A stretch of DNA of 64,000 nt from Octopus sinensis (GCF_006345805.1 NC_043002.1:26598001-26662000), one strand, 5' to 3'. Counted from the stretch's first letter, positions 40,224 through 52,749 are shown. Notes: generated by a model not told the origin, from the letters alone. Program-made: numbers and translations.

Positions 40224-41110
40224 CACACACTCGCACGCACACAGGCGCACAAACACACAAACACATACACACACACATATATAATGTGCTATGAAATAAA
40301 CTTCTAGGTGTTTACGCATGTGGAATATTCAAAATATTCCCTTTCGTTTCAAAATACAGAAATACAGGAATAAAGTGGTGAATTACAAAATACAGGAGAG
40401 GAATACTTTATAACTATCTAAATCCGCAAGTAAACAGGAAATACTCTACACCGATGCTAAAAACAACCTCTTCTCTTCGGATTAACCTGTAACAAGTGCT
40501 TTTAAAAGCTGAAGACAGCTAAAAGTACTTAACATAGAACAGCTTCATTCCAAAAGATTTGTGTCATTCTGCGTCTTCTTTTTAGACGTTTACATGCATA
40601 CACGCACACACACACACGCACACAGACGCAGACACACACACACACACACGCCACACACACACACACCACACACTCGCACGCACACAGGCGCACAAACACA
40701 CAAACACATACACACACACATATATAATGTGCTATGAAATAAACTTCTAGGTGTTTACGCATGTGGAATATTCAAAATATTCCCTTTCGTTTCAAAATAC
40801 AGAAATACAGGAATAAAGTGGTGAATTACAAAATACAGGAAAGGAATACTTTATAACTATCTAAATCCGCAAGTAAACAGGAAATACTCTACACCGATGC
40901 TAAAAACAACCTCTTCTCTTCGGATTAACCTGTAACAAGTGCTTTTAAAAGCTGAAAACAGCTAAAAGTACTTAACATAGAACAGCTTCATTCCAAAAGA
41001 TTTGTGTCATTCTGCGTCTTCTTTTTAGACGTTTACATGCATACACGCACACACACACACGCACACAGACGCAGACACACACACACACACACGCCACACA
41101 CACACACACA
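40224..41110 (+). repeat. Near-identical tandem duplication, period 443 bp, joined in (CA)n
   Basis: tcgcacgcacacaggcgc starts at 40231 and 40674. Only two substitutions were seen in the unique part (gagagg/gaaagg, gaagac/gaaaac). Confidence 0.95.
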
Positions 41111-41164
41111 CACACTCACACACACATGCATACATCTAATTTATAATATCTAATTCATAATATC

Positions 41165-41200
<36 letters not shown>

Positions 41201-41203
<3 letters not shown>

Positions 41204-41838
41204 GTCCGTGTGTTTTGTATCGTCTTCTAAATGTTTTGCGTTCTTGTCCCAGTTTGTATTTTTTTACATATACATATATATATAGCGACGCCCGTACCCT
41301 TTTTGGTCTTGTATGTAAGTACATATTTTCTTGGTACGACTCTATAACATTGTCTCTCTCTTCCCCACACACGTGACTAATTGACGGACTGCGGTCCTTT
41401 TCGTGGTCAGCAGCCGTCGAGGCTAGACACATTTTTTCTCTCTTTGCCCCAAGGCATTTTTCTAATGCGCCAGCTCAAAGTGTACTCGTCCTGTCGAAAA
41501 GAAGCCTGTCTGTGACGTCCTGTTTTTGTTATTATTATTATCATTATTGTTTTTACGTATTTTCGTATTCTTAGTCGTGTTATCATTATTGTTTTTACAT
41601 ATTTTTGTATTCTTATTCGTCCCCGTCCTTGTTTTGTATACATTCGAAGCTTTCTTCCAAGGAATCTAATGCGCTTGGCTTAGATTTTCTTTTGGGACTG
41701 GCCAGGTCGGAGCAATCCCAAGATTAATCAGCTGAAATTGCGAGGATGATCCGGTTCTTGACTGAAGATTGAAGGCTTCAAATGTCTCGTCCGTGTTTTT
41801 TGTATCGTCTTCTAAATATTTTGCGTTCTTGTCCCAGT

Positions 41839-41843
<5 letters not shown>
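41201..41843. repeat. Unclassified element with ~55-bp terminal direct repeat
   Basis: c(c/t)cgtccgtgt.ttttgtatcgtcttctaaat.ttttgcgttcttgtcccagtt at 41201 and ~41786. The element is flanked by (TA)n on both sides. Confidence 0.6.
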
Positions 41844-41876
<33 letters not shown>

Positions 41877-42312
41877 CAACAATTGAGGGTAAAATTAATT
41901 AATTATTAATCAATTTCACCAAGTATTCAGTATGTAAAGGGACCATTTAAGGCGAATTCAAAATATTACATTTTATAAAGGGCTTAGTGAAAAGTCGCCA
42001 AAAGGGTATGCTCCTACTTTCAGTGTTTACAAATCCGAATTAAGGAATTTTGGGCTGACGAAAGAAATGTCGAATTGTATTTGGCTGATCTAGAAACGTA
42101 CGTTCTCAAATAACCTTTGCATATGTGATTTTTTAATGTTTTTACCCCCATACCTTCGTGGGCTATTTTGAGTAAGCACTACCTGAGAGAAATTTTCTTT
42201 AAGTATTAGAATTTGGCTAAAAAATTTTTTTTTTTTTTTTTTTTTGGCTGCTATTTCTAATGAGTTCAGTATGTGGCAAAGTAATTTATTTTACTAAGCC
42301 CTTTATAAAATG

Positions 42313-42368
<56 letters not shown>

Positions 42369-42404
42369 TATATACATATGTATATATATACATGTATAAT
42401 ATAT

Positions 42405-45400
42405 ATCTCTTTTACTCTTTTACTCTTTTACTTGTTTCAGCCATCCGGCTGAGGCCATGCTGGGGCACCGCCCTTGTTGCTACCCTCTCTAAGTCCAGTT
42501 TGCCGTGGCTGGCCACTGATCTAAGAGAGAGTTTGTAGCTGCTGCCCTTAGGTTACCTTCGTACCTTGCAGTGGGTTCATCTGGGATCCCGGAAAGCAGC
42601 TTCTCTAGATGTTTTTGAAAATGTCCACATCCGCATCATGTAGATCTCTTAGTTTTCTTGGCAGTTTGTTGAACAGCTGAGGGCCCCTGAACCCCAGGCT
42701 ATTACAGTATCTGCTCCTTACCCTGGATGTGGAAGACGGGACCTTTGGCACCCACAGTGACGTCCTGTACTGGGGATTGGAACAGCTCTCAATTCCAAAA
42801 TTTGGTGCTAGTCCCTCCAGGATTTTCCATATGTATATCACTGCATATCTCTCTCGTCTTCGTTCCAAGGAGTACAAATTGAGTTCCCTAAGCCTCTCCC
42901 AATAGTTCTTTTCTTCATGGTGGAAATCCTCTTGGTGAAATGTCTTTGGATTGTCTCAAGCTCTGTGGTTAGTTTGACACTATGCGGTGACCACAGTTGG
43001 GAGCAGTAGTCCAGGCGGCTTAGGACAAATGTCCTCCATAGTGTCAACATGGTCTCGCAGTCTCTTGTCCGGAATGTCCTCAGGATCCAGCCAGTGAGTC
43101 GTCTGCACATTGTCGCCACCTTCGCGATGTGTGAAGAAAAAAGATGCATCGTCACTCATGTCTATCCCCAGGTCCCGTATTGATTTCGATACTGGGATTT
43201 CGATCCCTCCTGGACCAGTATAGTTGTGTTGTAATGTATATGTGTTTACAGCTTGATATTGTAAGGCTTGAAATTTACCAGCATTAAATTGCATGTTGTT
43301 GTCTTCAGCCCATTTGTATATGGCATCCAGATCTTGTTGTAAAAGGTCAGCATCAGCTGGGTTTTGATTGCCTGTGCTACCTTTGTGTCATCAGCATAGC
43401 TAGTGAGGGATGTTGTTTGTGCTACCAAGGGCATGTCAGAGAGCGCCACCAAAAACAGCAAGGGTCCCAAGACTGTGCCCTGTGGCACCCCGCTTGCTAT
43501 TGGTGTCTTTCCCGAGAGGGCTCCATTGGCTGCAACCATCTGGCTTCTGTCCTTCAGGAAGTCATGTATCCACTCACCTACTTTTCCTGTTATGCCGAGT
43601 CTGAGTAATTTGTGACATATCACTCCGTGGTCGACTTTGTCAAAGGCCTTCGCAAAGTCGAGATATACCACATCTACCTGTGAGCGATCCAGTAGTTGTT
43701 TCAGTACCCAGTCGTAGTGTTGTAACAGCTGCGTAAGGCAGCTTCTTCCTGGGCGAAAGCCATGCTGTGTGTCAGTGAGACGGTTAGTTTCTTCGAGGAA
43801 CGTGATCAGTTTTTTTCTGATGATTCGTTCCATGACCTTACTTATGTGTGACGTCAGGGAGACTGGCCTGTAGTTTTTGGCCTCTGCTCTACTCCCTCCT
43901 TTGTGGATAGGGCATATGGTGCCTTCTTTTAGCGCCCTGGGCAGTTTACCGTTAGCCAAGGAACCACTGAAGAGCTTCTTCAGTGGTCCCGCTAGGGCAT
44001 GCCTGCATGTCTTTAGGAGGACTGCTGGAATCCATCTGGTCCAGCAGCTGAGTTTATTCTCATTTCTTCTATGGCAGATATTACATCCCTTTCTGTTATG
44101 TCTATGTGGTCGATGGTTGTTGTTTGGTTTTGGAGTGTTGTGGCATCAAAGAAAACTTCTGGGTTTGTGATTTGCATGTGCCCCAGAGGGGGATGGAACA
44201 CACTTTTATACTGTTCCTTTAGTATTTCACTTATCCCTTGGGGGTCCTCAGTTAGAGAGCCCTTTTTATCAAAGAGTGGGCCAATCTTGCAGTGTACTGA
44301 GGTGGTTTCTTTCGCAAATTTAAAGAAGGCTTTAGGGTTTGTTTTAATATTCTCTATGGCCCTGGCTTCTCTCTCTGCCCTCTCCTTCTCATAGGAAAGT
44401 TTGAGTGCAGTTTCCGTTTCAAAAAGTTTCAGGTGGAGTCCCTCATGTGTTTCTCTGCCGTGCATTCAGTTGCTTCGAGAGCTTAGCTCTTCGCCTCATA
44501 AGTATTTTCCTGTCTCTGGGAATAACGTTCCTATGCCCGCTGGCTTTTTTCTCCGGGACAAACTTATGGCATATGTTCTGTATTGTTGTCATGAAATGTT
44601 GGAAATGTGTGTTGGTGTCTTGTGTGGTGATGAAATCACTCCAGTCATGTTTTCGGATCTCTTCGTTGATCTTCTTCCAGTTTGCCTTATGGAAGTTTAG
44701 ACTGGATAGGCCTGTGGTATTTTCTAATGGCTGCGTCTCAACTAACTCTCTCATACCATATATCATTACCTCTACTAAGTTGTGGTCTGAGAGAATTGTT
44801 GGTGTTACCATTATGTTGTGGATGAGCATCGGGTTGCTTGTGAAACAGAGGTCCAAGACATTCTCACCTCTTGTTGGCCAAAGCACTGCTTGCTCCATGA
44901 AAAACTTGCGTGTGAGAGCCAACAAGGACTCTGTCTGTCTCTGTTCAAGTGATGTCATTCCAGGGAGGAGATGGCCATCTGGCCATTTGACTTTCGGAAG
45001 GTTAAAATCTCCCAGCAGTAGAATGGTGTTACCCTGGTCCAGTTTGTCCAGGACTTCTTCTATTCTTCTGAGGCTATCTTCAAACACTCCTTCATGACTA
45101 GGGGTGTCTGGTGGCCGATATGTGACACATATTACTATTTTCGGTTGTTTCATGTGTACTATCAGTGTGTCACAGACTGAGTTTGAGTGTGTCAACAGTA
45201 CTATGGGTGTGACATCTTCACGGACGTACAGGGCAACCCCACCATGAGTTCTTTCCTTCCTGTCCGACCGAAAAACAGTATACTTCGGTATGTGTATTTC
45301 TGCATCTGCTATACTGCTTGACAGGTGCGTTTCAGTCAGCGCTATGCATATTGCATGGTTGCTTGTGCTCAAGTCCCTAAGGTAAGGAATTTTACCCATA

Positions 45401-45447
45401 TTAGTGGGTTTCACCAGACCTCTGACATTCAGCAGAAGCACTGGTGA
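42405..45447 (-). mobile_element. CR1-group LINE: essentially complete ORF2 (APE endonuclease + RT), 3' UTR and (TAAAAGAG)n tail
   Basis: LNVRGL..IALTETHL..FRSDR..HGGVALYVRE..YRPP..LGDFNLP..PTRGENVLDL..LSDH (44443-45441); NYRPVSLTSHISKVMER..QHGFRPGRSC..YLDFAKAFDKVDH..SGVPQGTVLGPLLF..YADDTK (43246-43959); RLDYCSQLWSP; RRERYAVIYIWKI. Corrected stop at 42489. Confidence 0.95.
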
Positions 45448-45633
45448 GACACCGAATATATATATATCGAATATATATATATATATATATATATTCGATT
45501 TCGCCGAATGTCCTCCCTCAAACGCTTTAAAAGGTTGCAGTAGATCTCTAGATTGACGGTCTGGCCCTGGGGGATGAATTCTCGATTCACTATACTGCGG
45601 ATGATGATAATAATAATAATAATAATAATAATG

Positions 45634-45666
<33 letters not shown>

Positions 45667-45760
45667 TTAATAATAATGATAATGATAATAATAAAAATAA
45701 TAATAACAACATCGAAAAATATCTTAGGAATAAAAACCTAAGTTCGAAATTCCCCTTAGT

Positions 45761-45804
45761 ACACCTGATGAAGGCTGGAGGGTATATCAGCCGAAAAGTT
45801 GTGT
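45761..45804 (+). ncRNA. Minimal type-I hammerhead ribozyme (Penelope-type), one stem III substitution
   Basis: ACAC-CUGAUGA-A-GGCUG gagggtatat CAGCC-GAAA-AGU-U-GUGU. Stem I ACAC/GUGU and stem II are perfect. GAAAAGUU replaces the palindromic GAAACGUU. Confidence 0.75.
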
Positions 45805-46351
45805 TAACAACGAACAAGATGAGGATAAATATCGTCAAATGTGAATAATGTAAATAATGTACATAATGCCTCATCACTTAAATTTGGAACAAGATTTATC
45901 AGCTTATTACTATGCGGACGTTATGCTATATTACTATCAATACAAGTACGCCAATGTGTACGTGAGGATTTATATAGGCATGCACATATATGTATTTGTA
46001 TTCATGCCTATATATATAACAAGAATGAGCTAAAAGAAAAATGAGGTGAGAAGTTGTCAGTGGCATATGTATTTGAAGAACATAGGAGGATATCAGTATG
46101 TCAAATACCTTACAGTATTAACTCTTGATTAATTCGCATCTGGCAAATGGCAATTATGACTAGCTCTACTTGACAGAGGAAAAATAATCTCAATATTTCT
46201 CTAACATTGACGTCATTAGAATCATAAAAGGAGGGAGTTAAACTTTTCGAGCATAGCACTTCGCCTATAAGGCGATAGGGTAAAGTCCAAAGAAGGAAAA
46301 GAAGTAATCACTAACGGCCCACGTTTAGTTAATTTGCTGAAGTGGTAATGA

Positions 46352-46417
<66 letters not shown>

Positions 46418-46817
46418 ATATGTATACACATACACATACATATGCACATAGATGCATACATCTATATATCACTTTAAACGCTGTGCCCATATGAGATTTT
46501 CAGTAGGCCATGAGATTAATGGAGTTTAATAAAAAAAAACGGGATAGTTATGAAATGTGACTGTCGGTAAAAAGGATAAACCGGAAATAATATATTGGAA
46601 ACTAAACAGGAGTAATTGTGATGTAAACTGGATTTGTTGAGTATAACAGAGACTAAATCTAAAACACTATAAAAAAAATGATTTTAACATGCATAAGTAT
46701 GGGAGTCTATCTAAAATTCCGATAGATGTAAATACATAGGTGAAGCTGTATTCATGAATACTAATATATATATGTATATATATATATATCTACAGAGATA
46801 GATAGATAGAAAGAGGT

Positions 46818-46857
<40 letters not shown>

Positions 46858-49074
46858 AGAAAGAAAGAGAGAGAGAAGCAGTGTCTAGGAATGTCCGTTA
46901 CTTATTTAGAATGCCGTATTGTCAAACCAGACCACCAAACGGTTTTATTTATGGATGACAGCCTAGCAGAATACAAACCTATATTGATGAATGGGATAAA
47001 CAATCTGAAGCGAAGTTGATTAATCTGTCATATAGCACTGCTTCTCCTTCATCTATTTTGCACCCTTTCTTCTTATATTTAACTTGAAGGAATATAATTG
47101 ATAGCCCCTCGATTAATTCGGAAAGATATGAGCGTACGTATCACCGAAGTCATAAAACCAATTAGCATGCTACTTTTTGTGATGCTTAGAGGAGTTGATG
47201 CCGCCGTGTAGTGTGAAGGAATAATTGCACTCTGCTTAGAAATAAAGGTGTAATTTTCTGGATGGTAACGACGACATGATGCATGAATAGCTACAATTGA
47301 AACTGACGAATTGTTAAGAATTATAAAATAAGCATACTATCTTCATTCTTCGAAAATACGAAAAGTAATGACATCATTGTTTTAAGCAATCTTTTACTTC
47401 ATTAAATAATTTTTCAATTCAGAAAATATCCAGGTCACTTATATAAAATTTAAAAAATTACATATAGATCTCTCTCAATTGTTTAATGTGGTTACTTCCA
47501 TTGACTGTTCGATCTGTTTGACGAACGGCAATCCATTTCGTCAAATCCCAAACTCTATTTCTGGAAATCATTTCAAAATCGTTTTATGCGTTGATAAAAT
47601 GATGGTGAAACATTATCGATCCATATGGATAAAAAGAAAAACCTAATGATGACTTTGAAAGCCTCTCCCCTTTATTATGGGCCGAGGATTCAGCTGAGAC
47701 CAGTGACGATGTTGGTTAGTTCATCCTGCATAACTTTAATGGCCGTTTCCCTTTCCTTAGTGGTGGTCTTTAGATACAGGAAAGTTTTCTGACTCAACGT
47801 GCTACTGACTAATTCAGAAACAAAAGAGTGACAAAACTAAAGACAGTATGGTTTTCAAGATAGCTCATGAAGCTCACCTTACGAAATTGCATAATCTTGA
47901 TATTAGACATACGCATCCTTTTCCTTTCTTAACGCAAGCCAAAACATTCTCTTATTACTTAATAACGATTCTAACCTGTGTGATTTAAGAATTATATTCT
48001 GATTCTAAAGATCTCCCTTAGACTATTCTAGCATTCAGCTAATAGACAAATATTCTGTTATACATCCACATTCTATATTTTCGCGTTAGCCTGAACTGGA
48101 TAAATCCGTTTATGTTACCACATTAAGCAGACATACCAATAGAAAGAAAAACAGGCTAAGAATATCGAGTGATTTCACACCACTCGATACAAGTATGAAT
48201 ATCCCATGAGTTTAACATATATTTAAATTAATGTAAAAGCATTTTCAATCCCAATATAAATGCAAATGCTTCACCAAAATCTATGTTGATTTATTTTATT
48301 TCACCACATTTAGATTCTAACAACTCTAAGTTTAATAAACACATGCACAATAAGCATTCGATTTCAAAAAATAAAAATCAATATCTAAGCACAAAAAAGA
48401 GACTGTGATCCTAAAGGTTTTCTATATACAGACATACTGAATATAAAACTTTGATACGATGATTTTAAAAGCTTTCATACGATGGCTTTAAATTATAGGA
48501 AAGATATTAAATATATATTCCTGCACGCATTCCTTTCGTAACCATAACAAAATCAAACATAGGAGATTAGCTTTAGATGTTTTATTCCTTGTAAAACAAA
48601 GATGAACATCCATTGAATTGATATATATTTTATTGCACAAATAATAGTTAGCGAAAAACATTGCCATTCAATCAATATATCATTGAAAATTGTCATATAC
48701 ACCTTATAAAATTCGATACGCAAACACCAGTCCGAAATAATTAGAATTCACATTAAAAATGAATCAATAGTTACAGATATTGTCAACTGGCCATATGATG
48801 ACATTATTCAGGAAGTTCCACCAAACGCAGGTAACGATTTATATGGTAATTTATATGATATTTTCCAATTAAACTATCCGTATACATCCTTCCTAAACAT
48901 TTCTGACATTGTTCTTCAGTTTTACACTCTCCCACTCTGTATATGTGTGTGTGAGTATGTATGTATGTATGTATGTATGTATGTATGTATTATGTATGTA
49001 TGTATGTATGTATGTATGTATGTATGTATGTATGTATGTATGTGTGTGTGTATGCATGTAAGTACGTATGTACG

Positions 49075-49108
<34 letters not shown>

Positions 49109-49127
49109 GTATATGTATATATATATA

Positions 49128-49211
<84 letters not shown>

Positions 49212-49213
<2 letters not shown>

Positions 49214-49618
49214 AAAATGTAAAAGAGTCAAAAGGAAGAGTAAGTACGGTTAGGCAGCTTTTTAATCGCTACAAATGTTTCCATACATACAGGTCCTCGT
49301 ATATACAGGATTTGTAGTTAAGTTTAAATTAAATTATGTAACGATTTACTTGTACAAGCAGATCTGTATGTATCTCCTCAAGCGATAATCAATTGCTGCC
49401 TCCGTAAGTAAATCTAGCATGGAAATCTAGATTTACTTACGACGACAGCAAGGAGATACATACAGATCTTCTTATACACGTAAATGGTTACATAATTTAA
49501 TTTAAACTTAACTGTAACTCCTGTATATACGAGGAACTGTATGTATGGAAACATTTGTAGCAATTAAAAAGCTGCCCTAACCTTACTTACTCTTCCTTTT
49601 GATACTTTTACATTTTAC
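49212..49618. mobile_element. Fold-back/MITE-like palindrome (~200-bp arms, 9-nt loop at 49418-49426)
   Basis: gtaaaatgtaaaag...gtaagtaaatctag [catggaaat] ctagatttacttac...cttttacattttac. Arms ~90% identical by eye, with one indel. TA-rich flanks. Confidence 0.85.
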
Positions 49619-49622
49619 ATTA

Positions 49623-49752
49623 TATTTTCACACACGAGGAATACCTAATTGGTAGCATACAATATGAATGCTACCGGCTATTTGGGAATTCTAAGGGTGA
49701 ACGACCTCTATTTGTACTCTTATACGTTGTTAACAGAAGACACCTCAACTAT

Positions 49753-49820
<68 letters not shown>

Positions 49821-49844
49821 TGATATATATGTGTGTGTATGTGT

Positions 49845-49929
<85 letters not shown>

Positions 49930-50065
49930 ATTGAGGTGTGTTCTGTTAAGAACGTATAATAGTACTAACAGAGCTCGTTCACCCTTAGAATTCCGCAATA
50001 TCCGGTAGTATTCTTATGGTATGTTACCAATTCTAGTCTTAGGTATTTTTCGCGTGTGAAAATAA
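49623..50065. repeat. Older inverted duplication around a (CA)/(TA)/(GA) microsatellite spacer (arms 49623-49750 / 49929-50065)
   Basis: ggaattctaagggtgaacga and ttatacgtt.ttaacagaa.acacctcaa are mirrored. Arms roughly 80% identical by eye. Confidence 0.85.
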
Positions 50066-50130
50066 AATGTAAACAGTATATACGCACACACACAACAACA
50101 CGCACACACACACACATACACACATAGATA

Positions 50131-50497
50131 TATACGAGCAAAACCCCGTCCAGTGGACGGTGCTGAGTTTTCAAACATTTAAACCAAATTTTCTCACAAT
50201 AACTTGTCCGACCGTCCCATAGGTCTCCCCTTTGAGAAACACTGATTTAACCAAAATTTGAGACACAGGCAAAAGAAGAAATGAAGATAGACTTTTTCTA
50301 TTCCAAAGAAAAACGATTTTAGTCAATTTATCGATTGCATTCTCATTTGGAATCAATTTTTGTAATTTTTTCAAGACTTATACACGCCCTGATACCGTTG
50401 GTATCTACATATCAAATTTGAGCGCAATCAGATGGAGGATGCCCGAGATCATAGAAGACACACACATGGCAGACAGAACGAATTTTATATAATAGAT
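50131..50497 (+). mobile_element. Non-autonomous Helitron-type element (Lep1/HINE-like)
   Basis: 5' tatacgagcaaaacc followed by hairpin ccgtccagtggacgg. The 3' end catatcaaatttgagcgcaatcagatggaggatgcccgagat...gaattttatataatagat has the typical Lep1-like ending. Confidence 0.65.
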
Positions 50498-50528
50498 GTG
50501 TGTATATATATACATACACATACATACA

Positions 50529-50564
<36 letters not shown>

Positions 50565-50572
50565 TATAATAT

Positions 50573-50636
<64 letters not shown>

Positions 50637-50727
50637 AATTAATAATAAAATATTAGGGAATAAATCCAAACTTACAGGGAAAAATCAGATTTAGGATTGA
50701 ATCCAATTTTATAGTAAAATATTATAT

Positions 50728-51030
50728 TATATTAAATTAGAGATAAAACCACTATTAGGCAAATCAAACATTGAAAAACTTAAGCCAATACATAAAATTA
50801 TTGCTAAACCTCGCTAAGATAAATATTTCAATCACCTGAAGATTGACTGTAACCATAATTCGAATTATTACGAATTGGACAGCCATGAAACGATCGTAGT
50901 GTTTTACTAATTTCTTTTATTAAACTTTTAATAATTTTGATATATATTTAAAATAATATAAATTAATTAATTTTATGTATTGGCTTAAGCTTTTCATTGT
51001 TTGATTGCCTAATAGTGGTTTTATCTATAA

Positions 51031-51040
<10 letters not shown>
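50728..51040. repeat. Inverted repeat (~70-bp arms 50728-50798 / 50967-51040) enclosing the hammerhead
   Basis: attaaatta.agataaaaccactattaggca..tcaaaca.tgaaaa.cttaagccaatacataaaatta is mirrored. Confidence 0.9.
50833..50901 (+). ncRNA. Type-I hammerhead ribozyme with intact core
   Basis: CAC-CUGAAGA-u-UGACUGU (28-nt loop) ACAGCCA-u-GAAA-CGAUCG-UA-GUG. Stem I CAC/GUG, stem II 6 of 7 pairs, palindromic stem III ACGAUCGU, GUA triplet. Confidence 0.75.
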
Positions 51041-51121
<81 letters not shown>

Positions 51122-51153
51122 ATGTATATGTATGTTGTATGTATGTGTGTGTG

Positions 51154-52209
51154 TAAGGGTTAATCAAGAATTATACTCACACTTGTTCCTGTAAATTCAG
51201 TTTTACAATTACAATTCAACAAAGAATAATATCTATGCTTCTCCATACGTTTCTTCAAAACACCTCAAGCATGCATATTCCATCGGAGAAGAAGGGTTTG
51301 ACTTGGTCGCACAGCCATTTATGCACAGATTCCTGCTATTCTTCGTCTGTAGCAGATCAACGGCCTTGTAAAGGACGTTTGAGAGGGTTTAATAAGTAAA
51401 AGCCGAAAGGGACGAGATCGTGATGACAACTTTCCTGGGCAATTTTCTGACATAAACGAATTAGCGTCGCCAAAGCACATTTAGTGTCACTTTATCTGCA
51501 GAAATTTGAGTCTTAAGGTTCCTTTTCACTGGCGATTCCGGGTGTTACAGTTCCATGATCTGTTTTTCGGATTCCGGTTCAAAGTGCATGGCCCAGGTCT
51601 TATCACTTGTGACTATTTTCAGCAAAAAGAGCTTCGCCTTCATTGTTGTAGCTCTCGAGTAAGCGTTGACGTCTCTCTATACAATTGCGCTTATGCACTT
51701 TCGTAAGCTCTACTGGCACTCATCTTGTTCAGAATTTAAGCATGCGAAGCTTCTCAGAGATGATTTCGTATGCAGAACCACGAATAATTTGCATAGAACA
51801 TACCAACTTATCGTTCGTTGTGCGTCGGTTCGCCAGAACCATCTTCCGAGCTCGTTGAAGCTTCACGATTCTCTGGCCATTTTAAAACTTATTGATCCAC
51901 TTATACACACCTCTACAAGATACACCGCTGTCCCTGTATTATGCTGAAAGCATGAGGCGAACTTCAGCCTCTGACCCATATTCAGAACAGAGAACTCGGA
52001 TCACAGATCTCTGTTCTTCTTTGATGTACACTGCCAGCAGAGCGACTATGTTTATTCTGTTACTAAAGAAAGAAAACTGGAGCCATGAACATCAAACCTC
52101 TGTTACGTAACCACAAGGGTACCACCTCATACCACGCCAGCGCGGTAGGCGGTTCAGTCAATTTAAAGAAAGTTTCGGCGAGAGTGCGGATGATTTCTGA
52201 CTTCCCGTA
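51154..52209 (-). mobile_element. Tc1/mariner (mariner-type) transposon relic with degenerate TIRs
   Basis: Minus strand: EEQRSVIRVL..VYKWINKFKNG; R*VPVEL (WVPxEL motif); IVTSDKTW..FEPES; DLVPFGFYLLNPLK; VHKWL..FFSDGI. Ends taagggttaatcaagaattatactcac / gtgcggatgatttctgacttcccgta. Confidence 0.85.
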
Positions 52210-52749
52210 GTGTGTATGTGTGTGTGTGAGAGAGAGATGGGGAGGGGAGAGAGAGCGTGTTCACACACACATACACATACACAAACATATAGTTAGTTAC
52301 ATAATGGGCAAATGAAGTAATTCACTACTCTATATTCTCTATATTTTGTCTGAAACGCACTGTTTCAACATGATTGAAACAACTCTTGATGCTTTGGATA
52401 CATTCGTCCGAGGAGAGGGCTATTACTGTTTTAATGTATGTTTAATTGTCATCAGATTATAAATTAGTTTAATTTCTACTTGTAGGTTAATATCCCGTTA
52501 TGGGGATGTTAACATATGACTGCTGTGAGCTACTAGCGGATAGTAGCTGCTATCGAGATGATAGTTGCTGCTAATTGTTGAATGCTACAAGTGAGTGCTG
52601 CAATCGGTTAATGGGAAGATCAGTAACTGGCGATTGATGTAATGATGAAAAGTAGTCTCGTACTGATTCCAGTATTAGGAGGAAGGCCTATGGAGATTTA
52701 TAACGGTTTATAGAATGCTTGTGCAAACATTCTCGTGTAGAGTAAAACG

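Noticed and set aside
44405-45097. 230-aa plus-strand ORF (also 44071-44394, 43403-43615)
   Set aside because: Antisense shadow of the CR1-group LINE ORF2.
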